A stretch of 64,000 bases of DNA. It comes from Azolla caroliniana (lineage: Eukaryota > Plantae > Polypodiophyta). The notes beneath the pieces were generated by a model. The model worked only from the letters and a program-made list of their open reading frames with translations. It did not search any database and had not been told where the DNA came from. The DNA lies in the NCBI GenBank assembly GCA_043228905.1, contig JBHGNT010000008.1, forward strand, positions 1,550,001-1,614,000, in the 5' to 3' direction. A program made the position numbers and the translations under genes. Positions within the stretch are counted from its first letter, which is position 1, and every line of letters begins with the position of its first letter. Of this stretch, positions 24,167 through 35,244 are shown in pieces.

Positions 24167-27100
24167 ATGATCGCACTACTCAAGAAATATAAAGATGTGT
24201 TCGCTTGGGCTCACGAGGACATGAAGGGGTTAGATCCCAAGTTCTTTGAGCATAAGATCAATTTAGCAACCGACGCAAAACCCGTCCAGCAGCGCCGCTA
24301 CCGCATGAACCCAAACTACGCGGCCCGCGTAAAAGAGGAAATTGAAAAACTCCTGAAGGCGGGGTTCATATGGCCAGTTAAACAAGCCACATGGTTAAGC
24401 CCAATAGTGGTCATTCCAAAGAAAAACGGCAAAATACGGGTATGCGTGGATTACCGAAAATTAAATGTCGTAACCATTACAGACGCATTCCCTTTAGCCT
24501 TCACCGATAGCGTACTGGACGTCATTGCAGGACATGAGATGTACAGTTTTTTAGATGGCTTCAGTGGGTATAACCAATTACGCATGCATCCCGAGGACCA
24601 GGAAAAGACGGCCTTTGTCACGGACTGGGGAGTCTATGTGGCAGTCGTCATGATGTTTGGACTAAAGACGGCTTCGGCAACATTTCAACGGACAATTACG
24701 GAGATCTTTGGGGAATACATTCCGACGTTCATGCAAGTATTTTTAGACAACTTTGCAGTATATGGGAGAACAATAGACCATTTTACGCCCCTACAACTGT
24801 GCCTGGAACGTTGCCGCACCGCACACTTAAGCCTGAATCCCGCGAAATGTGCTTTCAGCGTGACTAGCAGGACTCTCCTCAGCCATATAGTCAGCAAGGA
24901 GGGAATAGCGGTCGATTCGAACAAGATCTCCACGATTACGCAAGACAAAACTCCGACAAACATGAAATCACTTGGCTGGTTTTTAGGACAAATACGGTGG
25001 CATAGTTAGATGATACGATATTTGGCGAACTTCGCCACACCGCTACATGCTGTCGTACATCGGACTCCCTTCCAATGGACCGCAACGGAGGCCAAGGCCT
25101 ATGAAGCACTTAAGATAATGCTCACACAGGCCCCTATCGTACAACCACCAGTTTGGGTGAAGCCATTCCACGTGTTCGTCAACGCCTCGGACATAGCAAT
25201 AGGGAGTGCGCTAATGCAGCTCACCGAACCAAACTGGTACCGGCCAGTGTACTACGCTAGTCGCAAATTGTCAACAGCAGAGCGTAATTATTCCACAACG
25301 GAATGGGAGGCGCTAGGGATGATCTATAGCATCAACAAATTCCGGCACTATTTACTAGGGAGGAAGTTCACGTTCCACGTCGATCATTCTGCGCTGCTAT
25401 ATTTGGTGGAGAAACAAGCCCTAACGGGGAAATTGACGCGATGGATGCTGTTGCTCCAAGAATTTGATTTCATAATCCAGCACCAACCAGGGACGCAACA
25501 CGCAGTGGCTGTCAGGGCCTTAACCAAAGACAAGTTTAACATGAAGAAAAGAATGAGAAATAGAAAATAAGAGAGGAATGAGAGAGAAATAAGATATTGA
25601 AAATGTATTAGCAATGAGAACAAGGGTTACAAGAGTACGCCGAAGACTGGCGTTGAACCGGAATGGTTCATTAATAGTTCGCTATATGTTTATATAGCAT
25701 GCTTTGGATACATGCATGCTCGCCACCTCATAGGTACACATGCTCGCCATTTGTTATTCATGCAAGCATGACACTTGGTAATCATGCGTTTGCCTTTGCG
25801 GTGGCAACGTTTCACACTATTAGATATATTTCTTCATGATCTAATATAAGAATTTACAATTTAGTAAATGTAATATGATGTATCCTAGTGGTTGAAGCTA
25901 CACATTATCTTTGACGAAGTCATGGGTTCGAATCCTTATTACAAGTCTTGGAGTTTTGGTATATGTTCATGACATTATCCCCTTCCTTTGACGACGAGTT
26001 CCACGAGTCGCAATGCATGAACTAGGACTTGGCTTATTTGGATATCGTTGATGAAATTCAGCTGCCAGTTCTTTGGTATTATTGAGATGTTCAGCTCGCT
26101 CCCACGTTCGATCCGCAGGTGTATAACCCAACCAATCAACAAAGTAGTACAATTTGTTCTTCACAACTTTGGAGTCCATAATGGATTTAACTTCATATTC
26201 AGGGCCTTCATCGAGCTCAATAGAAGGTGAAGGGGGAACAATGCGATCTGGAATAGAGTTTGAAGTATAAGGTTCCAAGAGTGAGACATGGAACACTAGG
26301 TGAAGACGCATATGAGGAGGGAGATCAAGTTGAAAAGCAACTCCATTGATCTGTTTAGTGATTAAATATGGACCAAGGCATTGATAATCTAGCTTGTTAC
26401 AAGGCCTAGTGGTTTTCACATTACGTCGTAAGAGCCATACACGGTCTCCAACTTGAAATTTGGGTTTTTCCGGTGATGAGTTGAGTCAATGGCGACCTGC
26501 AAATTTCTTATGGGTGGCTTGAGATTGATGTAAATGATGAGAAAGAGCAATATGAAGTTCTCGGATATGTTCATGACAGTGGCAAATTTTTTGAGCAGAC
26601 TCGAGAATGGAGAAACAGTACAGAAAGATGACGATGATTTTCCAGACGCCCAGATCCTGTGGGGAGCAGTACTAGCAGACAGAATGGAATTGACCTTTCC
26701 GGACTGGTGGCTTATGGAATTGACATACTTTTTGACTACGGGACTACGTCCACCACAATTACGCACGGACGAGAAGAAAGGACTAGCCGTCCGGAGCCGT
26801 AACTTCTGCCTTGTAGAAGGAGTTTTATATCACAAAGGAAGTGACGGCATCTGGCGACGTGGGGTACGTCAGGATGAGAAAGAAGTAGTTTTACCGGAGG
26901 CACACTACGGCATGGCAGGCGGCCATTATGGGGGCGACGTTACAGCCTGGAAAATATGGCAGGCGGGCTTATGATGGCCAACAACGTAGAAGGACACATC
27001 CGAGTATTGTAGAAAGTGTGATTTGTGTCAACAGATGGGTAGCCGACGGAGGGCGCAAGGATGCCACACCAGCCCGTATTACCGTTAGACCCCTTCCAAA

Positions 27101-27870
27101 AGTGGGGATTGGATTTTGTGGGACCCTTCACACTGGCTGCAGCCCGTACGGGCAATAAATACATATTGGTAGCTATGGATTATTGCACCAAGTGGGTAGA
27201 AGCAAAGGCACTACGAGAAAATACAGCGACAATCATAGCCAGATTCCTTTACGAGCACATTTGGTGCCGGTTCGGCTGTTCGATTGAGCTCATCAGTGAC
27301 TAGGGGAGCCACTTTCTCAATATGGTGGATCGGGAACTAACACATCATTACGCCGTAGTCCACAAGAAGAGTACGTCGTATTATCCACAGGCGAATGGGT
27401 TAGCGGAATCCACCAACAAGACATTGCAGACCATCTTGAAGAAAATTGTCAATGAAAATAGAACGGGCTGGGATACCAACTTACAGAGTGTGTTATGGGC
27501 ATACAGAACCAGCTACAAAACAAGCATACAGTTCACACCGTTTCGACTAGCGTTTAGGCTGGAGGCTGTAATGCCGGTTGAATTTTAGATACCCAGTTTG
27601 CGGATTCAGGTACGGGACCGACTTTCGGAAGCCAAGTCAAAGGAGGTACGGCTCCACCAGCTACTCAAACTCGAGGAACAACGTGTACACATCATGGCTG
27701 CGTTGGAGCAGGAACAACGATGACGTAAAGCGTTTGTCGATCGACATCGGAACGCAAGGGAAAAGGAGTTCGCCGTTGGTCGAGCTGTGCTGGTTTTCCA
27801 ACTAGGTACGCTGGCTGGGAAAGTAGTATGGCAAAAGGTGAATGGGTTTCGCCTTAAACCTTACCTGAGC
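24167..27870 (+). pseudogene. Gypsy-B pol (RT, RNase H, integrase), interrupted at 25510-26578
   Basis: RVCVDYRKLN, SFLDGFSGYNQ, YYASRKLS, KWGLDFVGP and YYPQANG motifs, with premature stops. Confidence 0.92.
25510..26578 (-). mobile_element. Internally deleted chromovirus: 14 nt of 5' LTR, integrase tail/chromodomain, PPT and full 3' LTR (25510-25974); TSD GTGGC
   Basis: Chromodomain ORF 25967-26419. ATATGTTCATGACA occurs at both 25961-25974 and 26565-26578. GTGGC at 25505-25509 and 26579-26583. The host RH motif resumes as HAVA|NFLSR. Confidence 0.88.
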
Positions 27871-29309
27871 TCTATGCCACCCCGAGGCCTGCCGGCACCG
27901 CAACCCAACCAACCCACGCCCCCGCCCCGATCCGCGAAGCGCAGATTAGCGAAGTTAGCGGCCCCAGAGTGGGAAGAGGAACCCCAACCCGCCCAAGTAG
28001 ACACGCGGACAACACCTCCCGCCCAGCCAGACACACAGATAATGCAGGAGGAATGGCCGGCACATTTCGTGGAAGCAGCCCAACCGCCAGAAACCAAAAC
28101 ACGCCAAGATAGCCCCAGACCAAAATGGCGTATATTAGACAAGAAAGATGGGCGGGGATTGGTCAAAGGCGTCCCCACAGCGGTAGAAACAATGGCCGAA
28201 GGCGATGGCTCCGCAACTACGGAGCCCAATACCACCTTCGAAATCATCCGAGAGCCACGACCGATCATTACGACCCAGTCCCAATGAGGGAAAGCCGTAT
28301 TGACGGCAGAAAACGAGGTTTTGGCATGTCTAGATATCCCGGATACAGCCCATGAGTTCAGCGCCCTCTTACAGTTCGGAACCTCCTTTGAGCTCATGGA
28401 ATTCCTGGCAACACAACAGATAAAAGCCTCCCAACGAATGGCCGAGGAGCACGCGGAGCGCTAGATGATCGAGTGCGCTCTAACACAAATGACGGAGAGC
28501 AACAATGAGGACCGGCTAGCCAGGGTCGACAAACGGAGGAACACCAGGGTACGCCGAGCGGGGATGGAGCTACCCCCACTAAACATGGCCCTAGTCGAAG
28601 TCCATAGGGAACTAGCAAAGGTCAGCACGGGCGCCAAGAAGATGGCCATTAAAAATAAGAATGTCTGGAAGAAGGTGAAAATGACCCAAGCCGAGCTACA
28701 AAAAGCCAACGAACGCATCTCGGAGTTGGAAGCTAATGTGACTACAGCGCAACACGCAACTCTGCCACCAAACCACACCATCACTGCTTTGAAGGAAGAA
28801 ATTGAGGCTCAGGCCACCATCGCCTAAAAAGCGAAAAGGGTTGTGTAGCTAGTGGAATCAGAAATTGACCGCCTTCGAGCTGAACTGCGCCAATCCTCAA
28901 ACAGAGAAAAGGAGATCCGGGCTAAAGGCCGGAAGGCAGTAAAAACCCTTGAAGAGAAACTCGCTACGAAGGTAGCTCAACACATCCAAACAAAAGACGA
29001 AAACGCCCAATTATAGGATGAGGCGAAGAAATCGCAGGCGGCAATCGCGAGACTCCGGGCCTTATTAGAGAAAAAGGTGTGGTTCGACGAGCAGCTGGTG
29101 GTCGAACAGGAAAGAAGGCATCAACTTGAAATCCTCCTAAACAATGAAATGGGGAAATTAGAAGAACAACACGCAAAGGAATCCCAGCTATGGGCGGGCC
29201 TGAAGTCCACATACGAAGAAGCGGCGACTGTGAGGCAGTAAGAAATTGCAAACCTCTAGAAGTCGATGGAAGACGCACGCAACCGTTGCCAGGCCATCAC
29301 AGACAACGT

Positions 29310-32300
29310 TGTCGCGTTACTACGCGCGTGCGTGGAGAAAGGCGGGACCACGGGGGTCTTGGACTAGGGAGTGGCGGAGCGTAGGAAGTCGTACTTCACC
29401 GTTTCCGGGGAATCCCAGAAGAACACCAGAAGCGACCGAAGGGGGAGAGAGAGAAAGAGAAGGAGCGCGCGCTTAACACTGACTCACGCACACACACGCA
29501 CACACACACACATGCCGACACGACTCACGTGCTTATGTACAGGAAACGCAGGAAAGGGGAAGCACCCGACACCAACAGAGACGTGAATATACACAGACAG
29601 ACGCGAATGTATATATATATAAAGAAGAATACATTTCCGGCTTCGAGTCGGACCAAGGTAGGTTACATTAGTCGTCAGCTGCCAAACCGCCGGTCGGGGA
29701 GCTCACGGGCTCGTCGCGCCGAGCGGGGTCTTGCACAGGAGAGGAGCTGAAGCAAACCCTAAGAAAACACGAAGGGGGAGAAGAAGAAGAAGTAACCCTA
29801 AATCTAACGGTATACCCTCTAATGCAAAATGGGCAACCCTTTCGCAAAGGGTGTTCCCTTCCTTTTATAGAACAAGGAGAGGGATGCGTTATAATGTGGG
29901 ATAAATCCCGACTTACATGGGATCGTCTGTCCCGACTTGACTAGTCTTCGGCGCCATAAAGGCGCCCTCGTTATTCACACTAAATGTACATGGGTGCGTA
30001 CACACGCTGCACCCCGCCGATGTAGCCAATGTTTCCCGGTTTCCGCCTCTGGCCGAAATTCTTCACGACATCTGCCCCCACCTAGCTGCACGTCCACCGC
30101 TACGTGCTGAATCTGGTTGAAGGACGAGAGATTTCGGCCGGTGAGAAAACCAGTCTTCCGTGATCCGCATCCCGGCTCGCTGCCGGTTTGATCCGTCGGC
30201 TTCGATTCTTCCTTCGCGCTTACCTCCCCGTAGGCTCATTCGACCCGTCGATGGGTCCGCTGCCGCGATCTTCGTAATACGCGTACCTCCGTTGGCCCTT
30301 GTTCGGCCGTATGAACGCCCTACTTCCCGCCGTATTCCCGATGTCCTCTGCTTGAGGCATGCCCGTCGTGGCCCGCTTGGCCCTTCCCGTCTTCGTGCTG
30401 CTGCAATAGGTCCTGAGTCTTCCGTTTGCTGTCGTCCCCTCGCCCCCACCAGCTTGTCATCCCGGCTTGCCGTGTCAGTCTTCGCTACTTCGACGGAGCT
30501 ACCGAGATCTACGAAGCGAGTATGGAGGATCCTCCTCCGGCCTCTCTCGCCATCCCCTGACTCCGACCCTGTGCAGTCCACTGGGCACTTGTCACCTCGT
30601 TCCCGGAACCTCTCTTGTGCCGTCTTTCGCTTCCTTCGTTCGGCACCGCCCGTGCCGAACACTGTCCCGTAGTCACGCTTTGATCCGGCCTGCGATGGCC
30701 ACTTGCGAGACTCTTATTCTGTCCCAGGTGTGCGTTTCCGGCCCGACACACCTCCCCGTGTTTGCCCCTACCGGCTCCTTCCGAAACCTCGTGTCGTCGG
30801 GTCTCGTTCCCTGCTGCCACCGTCTTTCTCCCTCGGTCTCACGTTGCCACGTTGGCCGAACTGCCGGATTCTCCGGAGGAGCGCGCGCTTAACACTGACT
30901 CACGCACACACATGCACACACACACACATGCCGACACGACTCACGTGCTTATGTACAGGAAACGCAGGAAAGGGGAAGCACCCGACACCAACAGAGACGC
31001 GAATATACACAGACAAACGCGAATGTATATATATATAAAGAAGAATACATTTTCGGCTTCGAGTCGGACCAAGGTAGGTTACATTAGTCGTCAGCTGCCA
31101 AGCCGCCGGTCGGGGAGCTCACGGGCTCGTCGCGCCGAGCGGGGTCTTGCACAGGAGAGGAGCTGAAGCAAACCCTAAGAAAACACGAAGGGGGAGAAGA
31201 AGAAGAAGTAACCCTAAATCTAACGGTATACCCTCTAATGCAAAATGGGCAACCCTTTCGCAAAGGGTGTTCCCTTCCTGTTATAGAACAAGGAGAGGGA
31301 TGCGTTATAATGTGGGATAAATCCCGACTTACATGGGATTGTCTGTCCCGACTTGACTAGTCTTCGGCGCCATAAAGGCGCCCTCGTTATTCACACTAAA
31401 TGTACATGGGTGCGTACACACGCTGCACCCCGCCGATGTAGCCAATGTTTCCCGGTTTCCGCCTCTGGCCGAAATTCTTCACGACATCTGCCTCCACCTA
31501 ACTGCACGTCCACCGCTACGTGCCAAATCTGGTTGAAGGGCGAGAGATTTCGGCCGGTGAGAAAACCAGTCTTCCGTGATCCGCATCCCGGCTCGCTGCC
31601 GGTTTGATCCGTCGGCTTCGATTCTTCCTTCGCGCTTACCTCCCCGTAGGCTCATTCGACCCGTCGATGGGTCCGCTGCCGCGATCTCCGTAATACGCGT
31701 ACTTCCGTTGGCCCTTGTTCGGCCGTATGAACGCCCTGCTTCCCGTCGTATGCCCGATGTCCTCTGCTTGAGGCATGCCCGTCGTGGCCCGCTTGGCCCT
31801 TCCCGTCTTCGTGCTGCTGCAATCGGTCTTGAGTCTTCCGTTTGCTGTCGTCCCCTCGCCCCCACTAGCTTGTCATCCCGGCTTGCCGTGTCAGTCTTCG
31901 CTACTTCGACGGAGCTACCGAGATCTACGAAGCGAGTATGGAGGATCCTCCTCCGGCGTCTCTCGCCATCCCCTGACTCCGACCCTGTGCAGTCCACTGG
32001 GCACTTGTCACCTCGTTCCCGGAACCTCTCTTGTGCCGTCTTTCGCTTCCTTCGTTCGGCACCGCCCGTGCCGAACACTGTCCCGTAGTCACGCTTTGAT
32101 CCGGCCTGCGATGGCCACTTGCGAGACTCTTATTCTGTCCCAGGTGTGCGTTTCCGGCCCGACACACCTCCCCGTGTTTGCCCCTACCGGCTCCTTCCGA
32201 AACCTCGTGTCGTCGGGTCTCGTTCCCTGCCGCCACCGCCTTTCTCCCTCGGTCTCACGTTGCCACGTTGGCCGAACTACCGGAGTCTCCGGATCAGTGT

Positions 32301-35244
32301 GAGGGTCCCATAGGACCGGACTCCGTTTCTATGCTTGCCGAAATTCGGGTGTCTTTTGTTTGAGTCCCTCCCGGACTCTCCTCGTGTCTTCAGCATAGTC
32401 GGGTCCCGTTTCCCGCCGCCACCAACCTTCTCTCTCGGTCTCATGTTACCATGTTGGCCGAACTGCCGGAGTCTGAGGTTAAGTGTGGGGATCCCGTAGG
32501 ACCGGACTTCCTTACGCCCATTGCCTTCGTCACCTCGCCGCCACCGTCAGTATCTTGGTCTTACGTCGACCGCGTTGCCGACTGCCGAAGTCTCTAGAAC
32601 CGGTGTGAAGGATCCTCCGTAGACCGCCGATTTGTCTTCTCGACCCTGTCCCGGGTCGTCCTTTTCCGCATGCCGAGAGGGCGGTTTACTCCGCACCCTC
32701 TCCCGTGGTACCGACGTATCGTGTCCTCGGCCTCTTCGTAGGCCTGCTCTCTTCCTCCCTCCCGGAATGATCATCCGGGAGTCCGCTCCGCCCGGTTCTC
32801 GCTCGGGTCCGTTCGTCATTCTCCGGATTGCCGAGTCCCGTTCTCCTGTCGCCACCGCTCCCTTGTATAGGACTCACGCCGGCACTCGGGCCGGCAGCCG
32901 GATCGGTGTAAGGAACTCCATAGGACCGGCTTACATTCTCCTTCCAACTCTCGACCTTCGCCCGGTCGGTCTTTCTCCCCATGTAAAAGAGTGCGGCTCG
33001 TCCCGCACCCTCTCCCATATCGGCACCTTTATGCCAAATCCGGCCCTGATCGAACAATCCACGACCGGATCACGCTCCACCCGTATCGGAATGCCGATCT
33101 CCTCGTGCTGCATCCGTCCTCGGCCTCCTCACAGGCCGTTTCCCATCCATCTTCGCCGGCATCATGCCAGGACTCCTTGGTACAGCCATCCATCTCCTCG
33201 GTCTTACATGGGCATATGGGCCCGAATGCCGAGTTCTCCGGAATCGGATCCATGGGCTTTCGTCCGCTCCTTCCCCGTATCGTCTCGCCCGTGATTCTTG
33301 GTCTTTCGTCGCCGCCTTCCTCCGCTTGGGACTCACGTGGGCACTCGGGCCCGACTGCCATCGTCTCGGGAGCAAGTGTGGGAAGACACAAAGAATCGCC
33401 CGTCCATTTCACGCCCTTGTCCGTAGCCACCGACTCTTCGTGGTCGGCGGTCGTCTTCTTACCGATCGGGCAAGCCCCATCTTGGCTCGCTTCTCCAACG
33501 ACCGGGGTTTCGGGCTGACATGCCTGAAACCGCTGGTCCCAACTATCCGGTTCCGCGATCTGTATCTCGTCCTCGTCCTTGGCTGTTCTATCTCCGCAAG
33601 TTGAGAGGGCGTTTTGTTCCGCACCCTCTCCCGTCGTACCGTCGTACCGATCTTCCGTCGTTACGTGGGGCAAGTCGGTCTCCTCAGGCTCGGCTTGCGG
33701 CCTCCGTCTTTCCTCTTCCTCGAGCATCGCCTCGAGAGCTGTGTACGCCTCCAGAATCCTGGCCCCAATGCCGACCCTTGCCGACTCTCTTTGCCGTTCG
33801 GTCCCTTCCCGTTGTGATGGCACGCCGTCGCGTACCTTCCTCTTAGCCTTCTCGGCTCGCTCGTTCTCTAGCCGTTGGCACACCCTTCCGACCTTTGACC
33901 AGTCCTCCTTAAGCCCATTCGCTCCATCATTGTCTTCGAGCTCAATCCCGATGGCCTCCCGTTTCGCTCGGTCGATCGACCTGACAAACAATAGGACCTT
34001 GTCCGCCCCCACCAAACCTTGTTCCCGCTCCGGGAGCCGAGCAAGCCGTCGCTCAAACTCTCGGAACGCCTTGGTTGCGCCCCGGTGGGTCTTTGCCGAT
34101 GCTACCCACTGGTCAAATTCGTGCCGTCCCCGGCTCTTCCGCTGTCCTTCGTATGCCTTTAGGAGCGCCTCTTCGAAGGCCTCCCACGAACTATGAGCCT
34201 CACGGAGCTCCTTTATTTCCGCATGCATCCGGACAGCCATGACCCGACAGAAGAACTCTAGACTCAACGCCTTGTCTAGGCTTCCAAGTAAGATGGGACT
34301 TTGTCCCTGTTGAAACGGCCTACTCTTTCGACCACTCGCTCAACCACTTGTTGTGCTGCTTCTCGCCTCATCACCACTCGTGCCGACTCCAACACCACTT
34401 CGGCCACCATCTCCGCAAGGTCGTCGTCTTCCGACTCCATCCTCTCTTGCCGCCTTTCACGTCGGGTTCACCAAAGATGTCGCGTTACTACGCGCGTGCG
34501 TGGAGAAAGGCGGGACCACGGGGGTCTTGGACTAGGGAGTGGCGGAGCGTAGGAAGTCGTGCTTCACCGTTTCTGGGGTATCCCAGACGAACACCGGAAG
34601 CGACCGAAGGGGGAGAGAGAGAAAGAGAGGGAGCGCGCGCTTAAAACCGACTCACGCACACACACGCACACACACACACACACACATGCCGGCACGACTC
34701 ACGCGCTTATGTACAGGAAACGCAGGAAAGGGGAAGCACCCGACACCAACAAAGACGTGAATATACACAGACAGACGCGAATGTATATATATATAAAGAA
34801 GAATACATTTCCGGCTTCGAGCCGGACCAAGGTAGGTTACAGTAGTCGTCAGCTGCCAAGCCGCCGGTCGGGGAGCTCACGGGCTCGTCGCGCCGAGCGG
34901 GGTCTTGCACAAGAGAGGAGCTGAAGCAAACCCTAAGAAAACACGAAGGGGGAGAAGAAGAAGAAGTAACCCTAAATCTAACGGTATACCCTCTAATGCA
35001 AAATGGGCAACCCTTTCGCAAAGGGTGTTCCCTTCCTTTTATAGAACAAGGAGAGGGATGCGTTATAATGTGGGATAAATCCCGACTTACATGGGATCGT
35101 CTGTCCCGACTTGACTACTCTTCGGCGCCATAAAGGCGCCCTCGTTATTCATACTAAATATACATGGGTGCGTACACACGCTGCACCCCGCCGATGTAGC
35201 CAATGTTTCCCAGTTTTCGCCTCTGGCCGAAATTCTTCACGACA
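29310..35244 (-). mobile_element. Non-autonomous Gag-only LTR element no.2; 5' LTR 34478-35244, 3' LTR 29310-30070, extra partial LTR 30878-31486; Trp PBS 34456-34473; TSD ACGT/ACAT
   Basis: LTR pair and the same PBS as nos.1 and 3. Gag-like ORF 33029-34267 is homologous to the others (GADKVLLFVRSID, DGANGL..W). Frameshifted near its ATG at 34440. Confidence 0.92.
29462..32293. repeat. Tandem duplication of 1416 bp within element no.2
   Basis: 29462-30877 and 30878-32293 are near-identical. Paired ORFs are offset by exactly 1416 nt (30160/31576, 30063/31479). Confidence 0.93.
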
